NCBI GenBank assembly: GCA_947641575.1
Contig: CANRQN010000001.1
Coordinates: 46,380-110,379, forward strand
Direction of reading: 5' to 3'
DNA from: an uncultured Clostridium sp.
GTDB taxonomy: Bacteria > Bacillota > Clostridia > TANB77 > CAG-508
Length of the DNA stretch: 64,000 nucleotides
The position numbers were made by a program, and so were the translations under genes. Under the pieces are notes generated by a model. The model was given only the letters and a program-made list of their open reading frames with translations, did no database searches and was not told the DNA's origin. Of this stretch, positions 43,853-54,240 are shown one piece after another. Positions within the stretch are counted from its first letter, which is position 1, and every line of letters begins with the position of its first letter.

Positions 43853-44042
43853 TCCTCTCTTTTGTTTTATATATTTTCTGTCTATCTTTATTGCGTTTTT
43901 TATATTTTATTTGTCCTGTAATATGTATATAGATTCTAAGTATTACTAAAGTCAATATACAAATAATTACCAGTATTGCAGAAATCATTTCTCCAATAAT
44001 TTTAATTTTTATAAATAATCCCACTGTTATTTTTCCTTTCAA
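43845..44042 (-). CDS. Small membrane protein (65 aa)
   Basis: A single TM helix and a basic C-terminal tail. Confidence 0.3.
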   Translation of the reverse strand: MKGKITVGLFIKIKIIGEMISAILVIICILTLVILRIYIHITGQIKYKKRNKDRQKIYKTKERND

Positions 44043-44842
44043 TAAACATAATTATAGTTTTGTTTTTCTTTAATTGGTTCTATTTTTTCAAAGATTAACA
44101 ATATTGCATTCACATTCGTTCCCGCCTCCTTAAAGCTATTTTGTGGTAATTTATACCAAGCTCCATTTTTTTCCTGAAACCATTTCTTAAATTCTTGTCC
44201 TTTTTTATTAGATAGCTGTAAAACAGAACTAGTTGCTACAGTGACTAAATATCCATTATTTTTTAGAAATTTATATGCATGCATTATATGTTCCTTTTGT
44301 TCTTTAAATGGTGGATTCATTATTATAACATCATATTTTTCTTCTGGCTCTACTGTTAGAAAATCTGTACATATTGGATTATATCCTTTTTGTTTCATAA
44401 ATTCGCAATGATACGGATTTATTTCAATGCAAGTAACTTTAGAGTTTGGAAATAAAGTAGTTATTTCATCTGCAATATGCCCTTTTCCACAAGATGGTTC
44501 TAAAAATTCAAGTTGTTCATTATAGTACAAAGGTATTGTTCCAAACATAATATTTATTACATTTTTAGGTGTGTAAAAGTATTCTGTTTGTTTCTTCCAA
44601 TTAGTTACTCGCTTTTCTTTGTAAACATTTTGTAGCATATTAGAAATATCATATTCAAAAATATGACCTTTCTTTTTCCTATTCCATTTTGCTCCTAATG
44701 CAAGCAAAACTTTATTTACTTTTTCATACACATTTCGCTCTAATTGTATCTTTGGTAAATAATATACATTATCCTCTATAATTCCTTTTTTTAATATGCC
44801 GATTGTTTCTTCATCAACATCCATTTGATTTTTATTTGCCAT
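44039..44842 (-). CDS. Gamma-class N6-adenine DNA methyltransferase (orphan)
   Basis: An 'FYTPKNVINIMF' (FxTP) motif, motif I 'EPSCGKGHI' and motif IV 'IIMNPPF'. There is no cognate restriction gene nearby. Confidence 0.6.
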   Translation of the reverse strand: MANKNQMDVDEETIGILKKGIIEDNVYYLPKIQLERNVYEKVNKVLLALGAKWNRKKKGHIFEYDISNMLQNVYKEKRVTNWKKQTEYFYTPKNVINIMFGTIPLYYNEQLEFLEPSCGKGHIADEITTLFPNSKVTCIEINPYHCEFMKQKGYNPICTDFLTVEPEEKYDVIIMNPPFKEQKEHIMHAYKFLKNNGYLVTVATSSVLQLSNKKGQEFKKWFQEKNGAWYKLPQNSFKEAGTNVNAILLIFEKIEPIKEKQNYNYVY

Positions 44843-44909
44843 TCTCTCACCTCTTTATTATTTTTTCAAACTAATAAGAGATGAAATTTAATTCATCTCT
44901 TATCAAAAT

Positions 44910-47348
44910 TTAATTATCTTGTTCAGGTTTCCATAAAAAAAAGTCACTTGTTTTATAGTTTCCTTCATCTTGAATTGTTGCTGGTCCTTGCAAACTGTCT
45001 AAATATTGCTCACCTGCTTTTGATTTTGATATATACATATAAAAATTTTTGTATATATAGCTTTCATTTGTTTCTCCTCTATAGAAATAGCTTAATGTCA
45101 ATAATGTCTTCATTTTTTGTGCCTTACTTTCCAAAAGTTTTATAAACATTTTCTTTATGTTATGAGCTACATCATCTGAAATTCCAGAAATATATGCCCT
45201 TTCTAAAAATATAGTTAATTTTTCCTTATTATATTCTTTATCAATGCTATCATTATCTTCATTTTCTACATCAACAAAAGATAAATTACTTGTTTGCTTT
45301 AAATCTTGATTTTTCACTTTTGTAAGTCGAACCATTGCTCTTGCAACTATTTTGCCATTTCTTCTTGCATATAATATTTTTTTATTACTATCAAAACAAG
45401 CAAGTAGACATCTATTGTACATTCCTCCTATATATGAAAGGCATGTTTCCATAGGTTCTTGTCCTAGCAGCATCGTAGAATAAAAATCATCAAATTCACC
45501 AACTTCAATATCATTATTAGATAATGAAATATTATTAGTCCATTCATCTATTTGATCTTTCGTTAATTCAAAGCTTAACTCTTTGTTTAAATCATCTGTA
45601 TGATATTTTAGTTTTTTAAATTGTCCTGTAAGTTCTGCTTTTAATATCAGTTTAAATTTTTCTCTATTTATAGTACAACTGTTATAATAACAATATGCAA
45701 GTTCTGCTCCATTTTTCAATAAAAATTCTCTTATATTAGCTTGATATTTCTCTATAAATTCTGGTGTCAATTCCATAAACTCTGCAATATTTCTCCAATA
45801 TTTATCTGTTTCCATCATTTTATCTTTTGCTTCTTGTAAATTTGAAAATTGTGCCAAGTTATCCTTATTTCTTAATATGTATAACAATTCATTCTTATCC
45901 TTAATTTCTCCAATAAATCTGCTAATATCTTCATAAGATATTAAGGCTTTAACAACATCACTAGCAGTTATATCCTTAATGTTTTTAAACTCCTGTTCCA
46001 ACCAGCTATATAATGCTTTTGTGCTTAATTTTTTTGATAACTTTTTTAGTTCTTCTTGTGATGTATAATTAGCTAATAAATTTTTATTTATTATTTGTTT
46101 TATTCTTTTAATCCTTTCATCTACCTTTAAATTCAATAAATAGTTATACATTTCATAATATTTTCCATTATGCGTATCATATAACATTTTAATTTCATTA
46201 AAAGTATATATATCTTCCTTTAATAAGTGTAAGTTTTGTACTCCTGTCATAGATTGTAAATCTTTTAAATTTTTTGAATTCATAGCATTTATATTTACAT
46301 ATTTAGAGTAAAATTCTTCATCAAATAATATTGAATCATTCGGTATCTCTGAAAATTCATCTGGATTCTGTTCAATTAACTTTAAAAATCCATTTTTATT
46401 ATTCACTATTGCATATATTATTAGTTTTTCTTTTTTTTCTGTTAAATAGTTTAAATTCAAGCTTTTTAGTTTACTTCCATAAATAAAATTGATATATCCA
46501 CTTCTGCAGCCAAACATTCCATATAATTTTAAAATATCTATGTCTTTATTTTCTATTTTATTTATTATCGACCTTAAATCATATAAATTACACTTGTTTT
46601 CTATCCATCTATATAAAACTCTATATAATATATCATTATTATTTAGCACTTTGGATAACTGATGCACATACTCAAAAATTAGTTTTGCATTTCTATCTAT
46701 TTGTTCATAATTTTCTCTTTCTAATCTAACTGTTAATCCTTTTCGGTATAAAAAAAGTATGAATTTTTTTAGTTCCTTATTTCGAACTAAAAACTCATAC
46801 ACAATTTTCAAATTCGTATTTGGTATTAAGTTATAAGCTGAAAGTGCTGGTAAAGTAAATAACTTCAATTCTTCTGCCGTCAGTTCTTGTATTTTTATTT
46901 TTTCCTGGTTAAAGAAGTAATCAAGGTTTTCGATAATTGTCATTTTTTTAAAGTCATTTTCAACTGTGTCGATAAAATATTTTAAATATGCATAACTTGT
47001 ATCACTACTTTCATTATGATCTAGTAACACATTTATTATTTTATTTACATCATAATTTGTCAGCTTGTCTCCTGCCTTCTGCATAGTTTCTATAAGCTTA
47101 CCTATTTCGTCTTTCGTTATACCAGCAACATATGCACGAATTAAATATTTAATAATATTTGTATTCTTTACTAATTCCTTTTGTATTACTTCAGACGACA
47201 AGTACATTTGATGTGCCAAATGACTTTCTTCTATTTTTTCGCAACAATTCTCTAATTCTTTTATTTGAAATTCTTTTAACAACTTTAGGTCTAATTCTTT
47301 GCAATAAAGATTAGTAGCAATTTTAGCATGCTCTTTTAAAGATTCCAT
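44910..47348 (-). CDS. Large hypothetical protein (812 aa, all-alpha, Lys/Asn/Tyr-rich). It is a paralog of the upstream 708-aa protein.
   Basis: No Walker, nuclease or HExxH motifs were found. It shares an 'FSEIPN' motif and a repetitive helical character with 47323..49449. Confidence 0.4.
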   Translation of the reverse strand: MESLKEHAKIATNLYCKELDLKLLKEFQIKELENCCEKIEESHLAHQMYLSSEVIQKELVKNTNIIKYLIRAYVAGITKDEIGKLIETMQKAGDKLTNYDVNKIINVLLDHNESSDTSYAYLKYFIDTVENDFKKMTIIENLDYFFNQEKIKIQELTAEELKLFTLPALSAYNLIPNTNLKIVYEFLVRNKELKKFILFLYRKGLTVRLERENYEQIDRNAKLIFEYVHQLSKVLNNNDILYRVLYRWIENKCNLYDLRSIINKIENKDIDILKLYGMFGCRSGYINFIYGSKLKSLNLNYLTEKKEKLIIYAIVNNKNGFLKLIEQNPDEFSEIPNDSILFDEEFYSKYVNINAMNSKNLKDLQSMTGVQNLHLLKEDIYTFNEIKMLYDTHNGKYYEMYNYLLNLKVDERIKRIKQIINKNLLANYTSQEELKKLSKKLSTKALYSWLEQEFKNIKDITASDVVKALISYEDISRFIGEIKDKNELLYILRNKDNLAQFSNLQEAKDKMMETDKYWRNIAEFMELTPEFIEKYQANIREFLLKNGAELAYCYYNSCTINREKFKLILKAELTGQFKKLKYHTDDLNKELSFELTKDQIDEWTNNISLSNNDIEVGEFDDFYSTMLLGQEPMETCLSYIGGMYNRCLLACFDSNKKILYARRNGKIVARAMVRLTKVKNQDLKQTSNLSFVDVENEDNDSIDKEYNKEKLTIFLERAYISGISDDVAHNIKKMFIKLLESKAQKMKTLLTLSYFYRGETNESYIYKNFYMYISKSKAGEQYLDSLQGPATIQDEGNYKTSDFFLWKPEQDN

Positions 47349-49449
47349 AATTGTATTCCTCCATATCCATATATCTGTTTATATATCCTTTAACTTCATC
47401 CAAAGTAAGTTCTTTTTGTCTTATAAATAGTTCTAATATTCTAAAAAATCCTATTATATTCCCTTCAGAAATTTCAAAATTTTCGATATTTTTATCCAAA
47501 TATCCTTTTACTATTTTTTTACAAATATTCCAAGTTTCATCGTCATATTGTTTGCCATCGCAAAATCCATATATATCCTTTAAACTTGCTTTTGGTACTT
47601 TGAAGAAATCTGCTATTAATTCATTTTTCTTTTCTTGAAGTTTTATCATTTTTTGTCTTTCTTTTTCTTTATTTTCTCTGTCTATAATGTCTTGCAATTC
47701 TTTTTTTGTTAAATATTTCTCCCTTAATTGTTGATTTTTTTCATATTCTTTATCAATTTTAATCAGCATAAGATATACCGCTCTTAATTCTTCTTTAGGC
47801 ACTACTTCACTAACAAAATCACTTCTTAGAGCATCCTTTATAAAGTGTATATAATCTTCTGGCTCTACTGTGAATATATAATTATCTAACCAAAGAAATA
47901 GTTTTTTGCTTTCTTCTTTTGATAAAAAGCTTCTTTTTATGTCTATCTTACTTACATAATAATAGCTACGATAATTCTCATATAATGTACTTATATTAAA
48001 TCCCATCTTATCCGTTTCTTCAATGCTATATCCTCTTTCTTCCAATATATATTTTAAAAAATTATAAGCATTTCTGCTTTGTATTTTGTTTACATATGAT
48101 TTTAGATGATTTATACTTACATTATTTCCTAGACTTCTTTGTTTTTCATATTCTTCATAGTATTCTCTTAACGAAATTAAATCTTTATCTACTAACTGAT
48201 TAAATATACTAGTCCTTCCATTATTAGGTATATGAAAACTTTCTAAATATGATGTATTGGCAAGTTTATTATATCTTTCAATACACTTTTCTAATATAGT
48301 CCTATCGAAATTATTTTGTTCTATGAAATCATTGAATAGTGTTTTATACTCATCCTTTTCCATTTTTTGAGCCAAAACATCCCATTTTTCCTCTAAAATA
48401 TTAAATGAGAATAACCTATTTGGAAAGATTCTACGAAAATTAAAAAATGTTATTGGATCTATTATATTTATCTTATCTCTAATATTTTCTAATAACCCTT
48501 CATCTCCCTCGAGCCTAATATCAAATTTTCTATATTTTTTTATAATCCATTTAACCATATCATACAGTATTTGAGGTTGCTGACTGTTTTTATGTAATAT
48601 TGTTATACAAAAATTTACTGCTATTCTTTCTTCTGTTATAGAAGAATTGTAAAGTTCAACAGTATTTGGTATTTCAGAAAAATATAGAAGTCCATAATTC
48701 AAATAAGCAATTTCTTCTTTCGTATATCCATTTTCGTATAAAACTTTATATACATCACTATCTTGCTTTATCTGTTTTGTAGGTATAATTATCATCTTTT
48801 TTAATAGCATAGCATCCTTTTTCTTATAGCCTTTTAAGACACTATATAAACTATTTATTATCCAAGCATATAATTTTATATTATTAATTGCAGATATTGT
48901 TCTATCTTTACCTAATAATATAATTATCTGATTTTTCAGATTATCAAATGCCTTTTCTACATTATCAAATAATGATAATACAAAAAAAAGTTCCTCAGTA
49001 TTCGCATATTTTTTATCCAAAAACTCTTTCCCATATTGTGCATATTTATCAGCATCATACAAATATAATGAACCTTTTAAATATAAATCATCTTCAGCCA
49101 TACTTTTTATTTTAGTAATAAAATCTACTAATTGAGTTCCTACAATCATATTATTAGTAACCAATTCTTTAGCATAGCCCAATGCCAAACTAATAGCTCT
49201 AATATCATTTATATTATTCCCTATTTTTTGCTCATATCTTTCTAATAATTCTCCAAAATATTCAACATTACAAGTACTTTGGATATCATCTAAACATTTT
49301 CTCGTAAACCATATGCACTTTTTTCTTATGTTATCTATTTTTTCATTCGAAAAATTATCAGATGTATTAGCAATAAAATTTATTAAACTATTGCATAATC
49401 CAATATTGACATTTTTTTCAAATGCTTCATTTTGTATAAATTCTTCCAT
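47323..49449 (-). CDS. Large hypothetical protein (708 aa), translationally coupled to the 812-aa gene with a 26-nt overlap
   Basis: A clean ORF with no recognisable catalytic motifs. Confidence 0.4.
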   Translation of the reverse strand: MEEFIQNEAFEKNVNIGLCNSLINFIANTSDNFSNEKIDNIRKKCIWFTRKCLDDIQSTCNVEYFGELLERYEQKIGNNINDIRAISLALGYAKELVTNNMIVGTQLVDFITKIKSMAEDDLYLKGSLYLYDADKYAQYGKEFLDKKYANTEELFFVLSLFDNVEKAFDNLKNQIIILLGKDRTISAINNIKLYAWIINSLYSVLKGYKKKDAMLLKKMIIIPTKQIKQDSDVYKVLYENGYTKEEIAYLNYGLLYFSEIPNTVELYNSSITEERIAVNFCITILHKNSQQPQILYDMVKWIIKKYRKFDIRLEGDEGLLENIRDKINIIDPITFFNFRRIFPNRLFSFNILEEKWDVLAQKMEKDEYKTLFNDFIEQNNFDRTILEKCIERYNKLANTSYLESFHIPNNGRTSIFNQLVDKDLISLREYYEEYEKQRSLGNNVSINHLKSYVNKIQSRNAYNFLKYILEERGYSIEETDKMGFNISTLYENYRSYYYVSKIDIKRSFLSKEESKKLFLWLDNYIFTVEPEDYIHFIKDALRSDFVSEVVPKEELRAVYLMLIKIDKEYEKNQQLREKYLTKKELQDIIDRENKEKERQKMIKLQEKKNELIADFFKVPKASLKDIYGFCDGKQYDDETWNICKKIVKGYLDKNIENFEISEGNIIGFFRILELFIRQKELTLDEVKGYINRYMDMEEYNYGIFKRAC

Positions 49450-49486
49450 TTTGATTTCCCTTTCTTTACAAATTTAAGAAGTGGTT

Positions 49487-50335
49487 TTATGCAGCTTTCT
49501 CTAAATTTTCATTTTGCACTTCAAATTCTTCTATTTCCTTTATTAAATTATTTGCACACTTTTGTATTTTGTTTCCAAGTTCTAAAACAACCTTTGGTTC
49601 TCCTTTGGCCCATTTTGTGATGTAATTGAAACTACAGCAAGAAGTATCAAGTCCAAAATGGTCTGCAACAATAAAACTAATTGATTCCACAAATACTTCA
49701 GACAAATTTCTATCAGTCTTATAATCAAAGTCATCATATAGTCCATGTGAAAGTTCGTGTAATAATACTGCTGCTTTATCATCAACTGACAATGATTTTT
49801 CCAATACTATCTCTTTTTTTATCGTATTGTAATACCCTTTTGCACTTCCTTCTATATTTCGCTCATATATTGGAAATTTACTAAATTCTTTTAATTTTTC
49901 ATAAAACTCCGTCATATTATTATTATCAATATTAGTACTCTCTAAAGGAATTTTTTCTCCTGTTGTTTCAGAAATATCATATACATAAACATATCTATAT
50001 GCGTTGTATCTAACCTTTTCAACAACTTCAACTTCTTCACCATCTACAGTCTTTTTAACTTTTTTAGTATATGCTCTTGGTATTGGTGCAACAATAAATA
50101 TCTTCTGTGCATCTTTTTTTACTTCTCTTTTTAATTGAGTCCATTTAGCTTTTCCTGCTACCTTTGTAGCATCTGGAAATTGCGAAAAAATTAAAATAAG
50201 GTTATTAAAACTATACCCCCTAAAACTTTTGCTAAATTTTAAAAACCTCTCGTATTCACCATTTTGAACGATATTTTGAATATAATTTACAACTTTTTCA
50301 AAGACTTGCTTTGTGTTATTCTTCTTATTATCCAT
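49487..50335 (-). CDS. ardC: ArdC-like antirestriction protein (an N-terminal ssDNA-binding domain plus a C-terminal zincin HExxH domain)
   Basis: 'LLHELSHGL' is a HExxH motif. The N-terminal 'FSKSFRGYSFNNLILIF' is ArdC-N-like. The protein ends in ...EKAA. Confidence 0.5.
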   Translation of the reverse strand: MDNKKNNTKQVFEKVVNYIQNIVQNGEYERFLKFSKSFRGYSFNNLILIFSQFPDATKVAGKAKWTQLKREVKKDAQKIFIVAPIPRAYTKKVKKTVDGEEVEVVEKVRYNAYRYVYVYDISETTGEKIPLESTNIDNNNMTEFYEKLKEFSKFPIYERNIEGSAKGYYNTIKKEIVLEKSLSVDDKAAVLLHELSHGLYDDFDYKTDRNLSEVFVESISFIVADHFGLDTSCCSFNYITKWAKGEPKVVLELGNKIQKCANNLIKEIEEFEVQNENLEKAA

Positions 50336-50415
50336 AATTTTTTTACCTTTCTTATTTATTTAGTGCACAGGAGGTTAATCCTCCTGTAATCACTATATTT
50401 AGATATCAATATGTA

Positions 50416-51966
50416 TTATGCAGCTTTTTTATTAAGTTCATATTGTTTAATTTCAATTTTTGATTTCTTCTCATATTTTGACTTTTTATCCATAAAGTTC
50501 CTATATCCTAGCCACTTGTCAATAAAATCATTTTGTTCCTTAGTAAGATTTTTGTTATTATTTGCAAGTACTTTTTGTTTGACACAACCGTTTTTAAATT
50601 CAAGTGTTATAAATGATTTATCCATTTTATCTAATTGCCTAACAAAATATATTTCTGTTTCTCCTTCTATATATGGTTTAAGATACAGATGTCCTACACA
50701 ATTTTTCTGTTCTCGCCCTTCGTTTTTTAAGTCCTCCACACTTGGTGCTGGAAAAATGATATATTTATCATCTTCATATGTGTATTTAGACAATTCCAAA
50801 TATCTAATATATGCTGCAAATTGTGTATTAATATCTTTAGAAATCTCCAATTTAGTGCTTAATTTATCATGCCAAGCCTTTAATTGATATGGAAATAGCC
50901 TTTTTTTACTTTTTATACTAAAGCCTAACTGGTCTGCTGCTTTTAAATAATCTGCATACAACTGTAGATTATTTAATCCCTTTTGATAGTTTAGTAATTT
51001 CTTTAAAGGAACATATTTACAAATTTCTCTAATAGTATCACGTCTATAATAAAAGTTATTTACTACGTCTTCATCATGAATAAGCCCTTGCTTTTTCATA
51101 AATGACAAATAATTATAATCATAATACCTATATCGTTTTATCATCTCCATATCAGGTCGTTGTATTAGCTTTAATGTTCTATAATCCCAATAATCTATAT
51201 CGTTTTCCAACATAAATTTAAAGAAACTTTTAGGAACTCCAAATCTTTTTTCAAAAGATCCTTTTTTCTTAAATTTATTTGAAGCTAAAGCTAAACTATG
51301 CAATCCCATCTTCCACAATATTTCGAAACTTGGATGAGATGCTATTTGCAATATCTTAAAGTCATTATAATGACTATACTCCTTTTTAAATTCTTGTATT
51401 GGAGCATATTCTAAAGGTGTTCCTTTAAAAAGGTGCTTTTCATTATATGGATATATAGGCATTTCATCAATTAACTTGTTTCCAGTATATAAATGCCATC
51501 TTTTAATTTTTACATTATGCCATATTGCTTGATGCCACATACCAAAACTTACAGAGTTATTTATAATAATACCTATACCTGGAATAAATCTTGCAAATTC
51601 TTGCAAATGTTCTTTAAATGTCCTCGTTTTATAATCATACTTAGACCTTATTTCAAAGATTCTTAGAGCTATTTTATCTTCTACTTTTGTGTAAAAAGCA
51701 ATATCTTTAAGAAACTCCATATTTCGTAGATTACAATTATAGGCATAGTATTTATGACCACATAATTTACATTCTTTTTTTTCATAATCCTTTAATACTA
51801 CATTTCCTTCAAAATATTTTTGACATCTCGTACAAAAAAGTCTGTTTCCACATTTTAAAATTACATTATGGTCTGTTGTATTATGATTAATAAATTTTCT
51901 CCAATGTTTTGGTTTTTTCCCAGAATCTATTTTTTTCATTAACTTATCTATTTCTTTTTTATTCAT
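50416..51966 (-). CDS. PcfJ-like protein
   Basis: A protein of about 516 aa with Cys-rich N-terminal motifs and 'QKNCVGHLY'. Its size and context match the PcfJ-like family of Gram-positive conjugative elements. It ends in ...KKAA. Confidence 0.4.
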   Translation of the reverse strand: MNKKEIDKLMKKIDSGKKPKHWRKFINHNTTDHNVILKCGNRLFCTRCQKYFEGNVVLKDYEKKECKLCGHKYYAYNCNLRNMEFLKDIAFYTKVEDKIALRIFEIRSKYDYKTRTFKEHLQEFARFIPGIGIIINNSVSFGMWHQAIWHNVKIKRWHLYTGNKLIDEMPIYPYNEKHLFKGTPLEYAPIQEFKKEYSHYNDFKILQIASHPSFEILWKMGLHSLALASNKFKKKGSFEKRFGVPKSFFKFMLENDIDYWDYRTLKLIQRPDMEMIKRYRYYDYNYLSFMKKQGLIHDEDVVNNFYYRRDTIREICKYVPLKKLLNYQKGLNNLQLYADYLKAADQLGFSIKSKKRLFPYQLKAWHDKLSTKLEISKDINTQFAAYIRYLELSKYTYEDDKYIIFPAPSVEDLKNEGREQKNCVGHLYLKPYIEGETEIYFVRQLDKMDKSFITLEFKNGCVKQKVLANNNKNLTKEQNDFIDKWLGYRNFMDKKSKYEKKSKIEIKQYELNKKAA

Positions 51967-52376
51967 GAAACCATACCTCCAAATAATGAAATTTGTTCTA
52001 GCTTTTTATTCTCTTCTGCTTTCTTCTTTGCTTCTTCCATAGATATTATATTGTTTTTATTAGATTCTTTTGGAGTCTTTTTATTTGCATTATTTTTTTG
52101 CTTTGTATCATTTTTTATTTTTAAAAAGCTATTAGGAAATGCAAAATACATAATTGCCCATGCAAAAACCACTTCATTTGTAATATAATTCCAACCAACC
52201 TGTACTACATTTTTGCCCTTTTCTTGAACAAATTTAGCCATTCCATCAATATCTTTCTCTTCGTTTAAATACTTTTGTTCCATATCTTTTCTTGATAACA
52301 AATAATCAACTACTTGTATCAAAGCTTTATCTTTTTGCCCTACCATTTGTTCTCTTAACCTATCAAACCCTGTCAT
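51963..52376 (-). CDS. Hypothetical protein (137 aa)
   Basis: A clean ORF with a 4-nt overlap with the PcfJ-like gene. Confidence 0.3.
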   Translation of the reverse strand: MTGFDRLREQMVGQKDKALIQVVDYLLSRKDMEQKYLNEEKDIDGMAKFVQEKGKNVVQVGWNYITNEVVFAWAIMYFAFPNSFLKIKNDTKQKNNANKKTPKESNKNNIISMEEAKKKAEENKKLEQISLFGGMVS

Positions 52377-52396
52377 TTATCCTTCTCCTTCCAAAA

Positions 52397-52729
52397 TTAA
52401 GATACTTTTTTAAATCTGTTAAACAACTCATTTTGTTCTTTTGCTTCTTCCATATATTTTTTATAATTATCAACTCCATATTTTTGTAATTTTGCCTCTC
52501 GTTCTTTACAAACATCTTGTAGTAATTTTGGTATTTCGCTAAAATTATAAAAGTAAGAGACAAGGTTCTTATAATGAATAACCTCATCTCCTTTATAATC
52601 TTTTATAATATTAAATCTATAGTGATACTTCTTCTTACCTCTATGATTACTAATGCGAATTCCACAGCATACACCATAATCTAATTTTAGGTAAATAGAA
52701 ACTGTTGTAATCGCATTATGTCTATGCAC
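52397..52729 (-). CDS. Hypothetical protein (110 aa). It probably has a GTG start, and the in-frame reading extends upstream to the previous stop.
   Basis: The start is 'gaggatttatt GTG'. A 13-codon ORF sits in an A7 run just upstream. Confidence 0.3.
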   Translation of the reverse strand: MHRHNAITTVSIYLKLDYGVCCGIRISNHRGKKKYHYRFNIIKDYKGDEVIHYKNLVSYFYNFSEIPKLLQDVCKEREAKLQKYGVDNYKKYMEEAKEQNELFNRFKKVS

Positions 52730-52792
52730 AATAAATCCTCGCTTTCTTAACTCGCGAGATATTTTTTTGCAACTTCTTTTTCTTTCATAGTT

Positions 52793-53068
52793 TTAAGCTG
52801 CTTCTTCCTGAATTTCGGCAAAATCTAAATACCTTTGTTTATTGACTTTACTTATAATTACTTTCATATATGGTTCGATTCCTCTTATCTTCTCCCTTGG
52901 GACATTAATTTTTGTTACTAAGGCAATGTTTGTTCCAAATGCTGTAGGTGTTTGAACTAAATCTCCTACTTCTAACTTAGCATCTGTGAAATAGGAATAT
53001 TCTTTCCCTGTAAATGTTCCTGGATCATGTTTATCCTCATATTTGACGCTCACAATATTTGTTTCCAT
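52793..53068 (-). CDS. Hypothetical protein (91 aa) that ends in ...EEAA
   Basis: A clean ORF. Confidence 0.3.
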   Translation of the reverse strand: METNIVSVKYEDKHDPGTFTGKEYSYFTDAKLEVGDLVQTPTAFGTNIALVTKINVPREKIRGIEPYMKVIISKVNKQRYLDFAEIQEEAA

Positions 53069-53079
53069 ATTGCTCCCTC

Positions 53080-53760
53080 CTATTCTCTATATCCATTATA
53101 AATTTCTATACAATAATATCCTTCTGAAATAGTACTAAAAATTATTCCTTGATATTCTTCTTGAGAGTCTGCATAGCATATATCATGCTCTAATTGTGGT
53201 AAAATCTCTAAAGAAGTAACTTCTATCTCTGTATAATAATCGCCATTTTCATTTACTTTTATAGTTATAGGTTCGATAGAATATTTATTAATCGTTTCGA
53301 TATAGTTTTTAAAATAAGAACTATCAGTACAATAAATCTTTATTTTCATAATTGGCTTTGCTTCCACTATTTCTAATTCTATTAATTCAAATCCTATATT
53401 CCATAAAGTAGTATTTTGTTTGTTAGCAAAATTACTAAACAAATTTATCATATGATTATAGAAGTCTTTAATTTTACAAGTAGTTTCGTATTTATCGTCC
53501 ACAACAGTTTTTGGTGTTGCTTTTGTAAAAATTTTAAATTTCAGTTTTACTGTAGAATCATTAGGTAATTTTAACTCATTAATAGTAATATATCGTATAT
53601 CAAATTTTTGTATTTGTTTACTATTTTGTTGCTCATCCCAAATCTTTTCACATATAAAATTATTTAATAACTGATACAAGTTAAGTTGGCAAATAGTAAA
53701 AAGAGCTTTTCCATCTTCTTCAACACATAAACTTGCCCTTTCTTTTCCTGTTAATTTCAT
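53080..53760 (-). CDS. Hypothetical protein (226 aa)
   Basis: A clean ORF. Confidence 0.3.
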   Translation of the reverse strand: MKLTGKERASLCVEEDGKALFTICQLNLYQLLNNFICEKIWDEQQNSKQIQKFDIRYITINELKLPNDSTVKLKFKIFTKATPKTVVDDKYETTCKIKDFYNHMINLFSNFANKQNTTLWNIGFELIELEIVEAKPIMKIKIYCTDSSYFKNYIETINKYSIEPITIKVNENGDYYTEIEVTSLEILPQLEHDICYADSQEEYQGIIFSTISEGYYCIEIYNGYRE

Positions 53761-53782
53761 ATTTTTTGTACTCCTTCCATTT

Positions 53783-54223
53783 TTATATTATCGTATCTTC
53801 TGTCTTAACATATTTAGAGTAAAATTTATCAAAATTTTTAACATTGTGATTTTCAATCCCCATTTCTATTGGAGATAATTTTATAAACACATCTGGGTCA
53901 AAAATTTTGACTTTTTTAGGCTTTTTATTTGTTGTTTGTAATTCAACTAATCTATCTATTATTTCTTCCCTTAGAAGCGGATTTGCTTTGTTTAAATAGC
54001 ATCCAAAAGTTGTTATAACAGGTTCATCAATTCCAGGTATATAAAACGACATTTCAGCAGCATGCCATGTTCTTGTTGCTTCTAACATAATAAAATCTGC
54101 TAAATCTTGTAATCTAATAATACCTTTATCTCCCAAATTAGTTTCAACAAATAGAATTCCTTCCTTTTTTATTATCTTTAACATTTGACGTTTATTATAT
54201 GTCTTATATTTAACTTCTCCCAT
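53783..54223 (-). CDS. Hypothetical protein (146 aa)
   Basis: A clean ORF. Confidence 0.3.
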   Translation of the reverse strand: MGEVKYKTYNKRQMLKIIKKEGILFVETNLGDKGIIRLQDLADFIMLEATRTWHAAEMSFYIPGIDEPVITTFGCYLNKANPLLREEIIDRLVELQTTNKKPKKVKIFDPDVFIKLSPIEMGIENHNVKNFDKFYSKYVKTEDTII

Positions 54224-54240
54224 TACATATCACCTCACAC

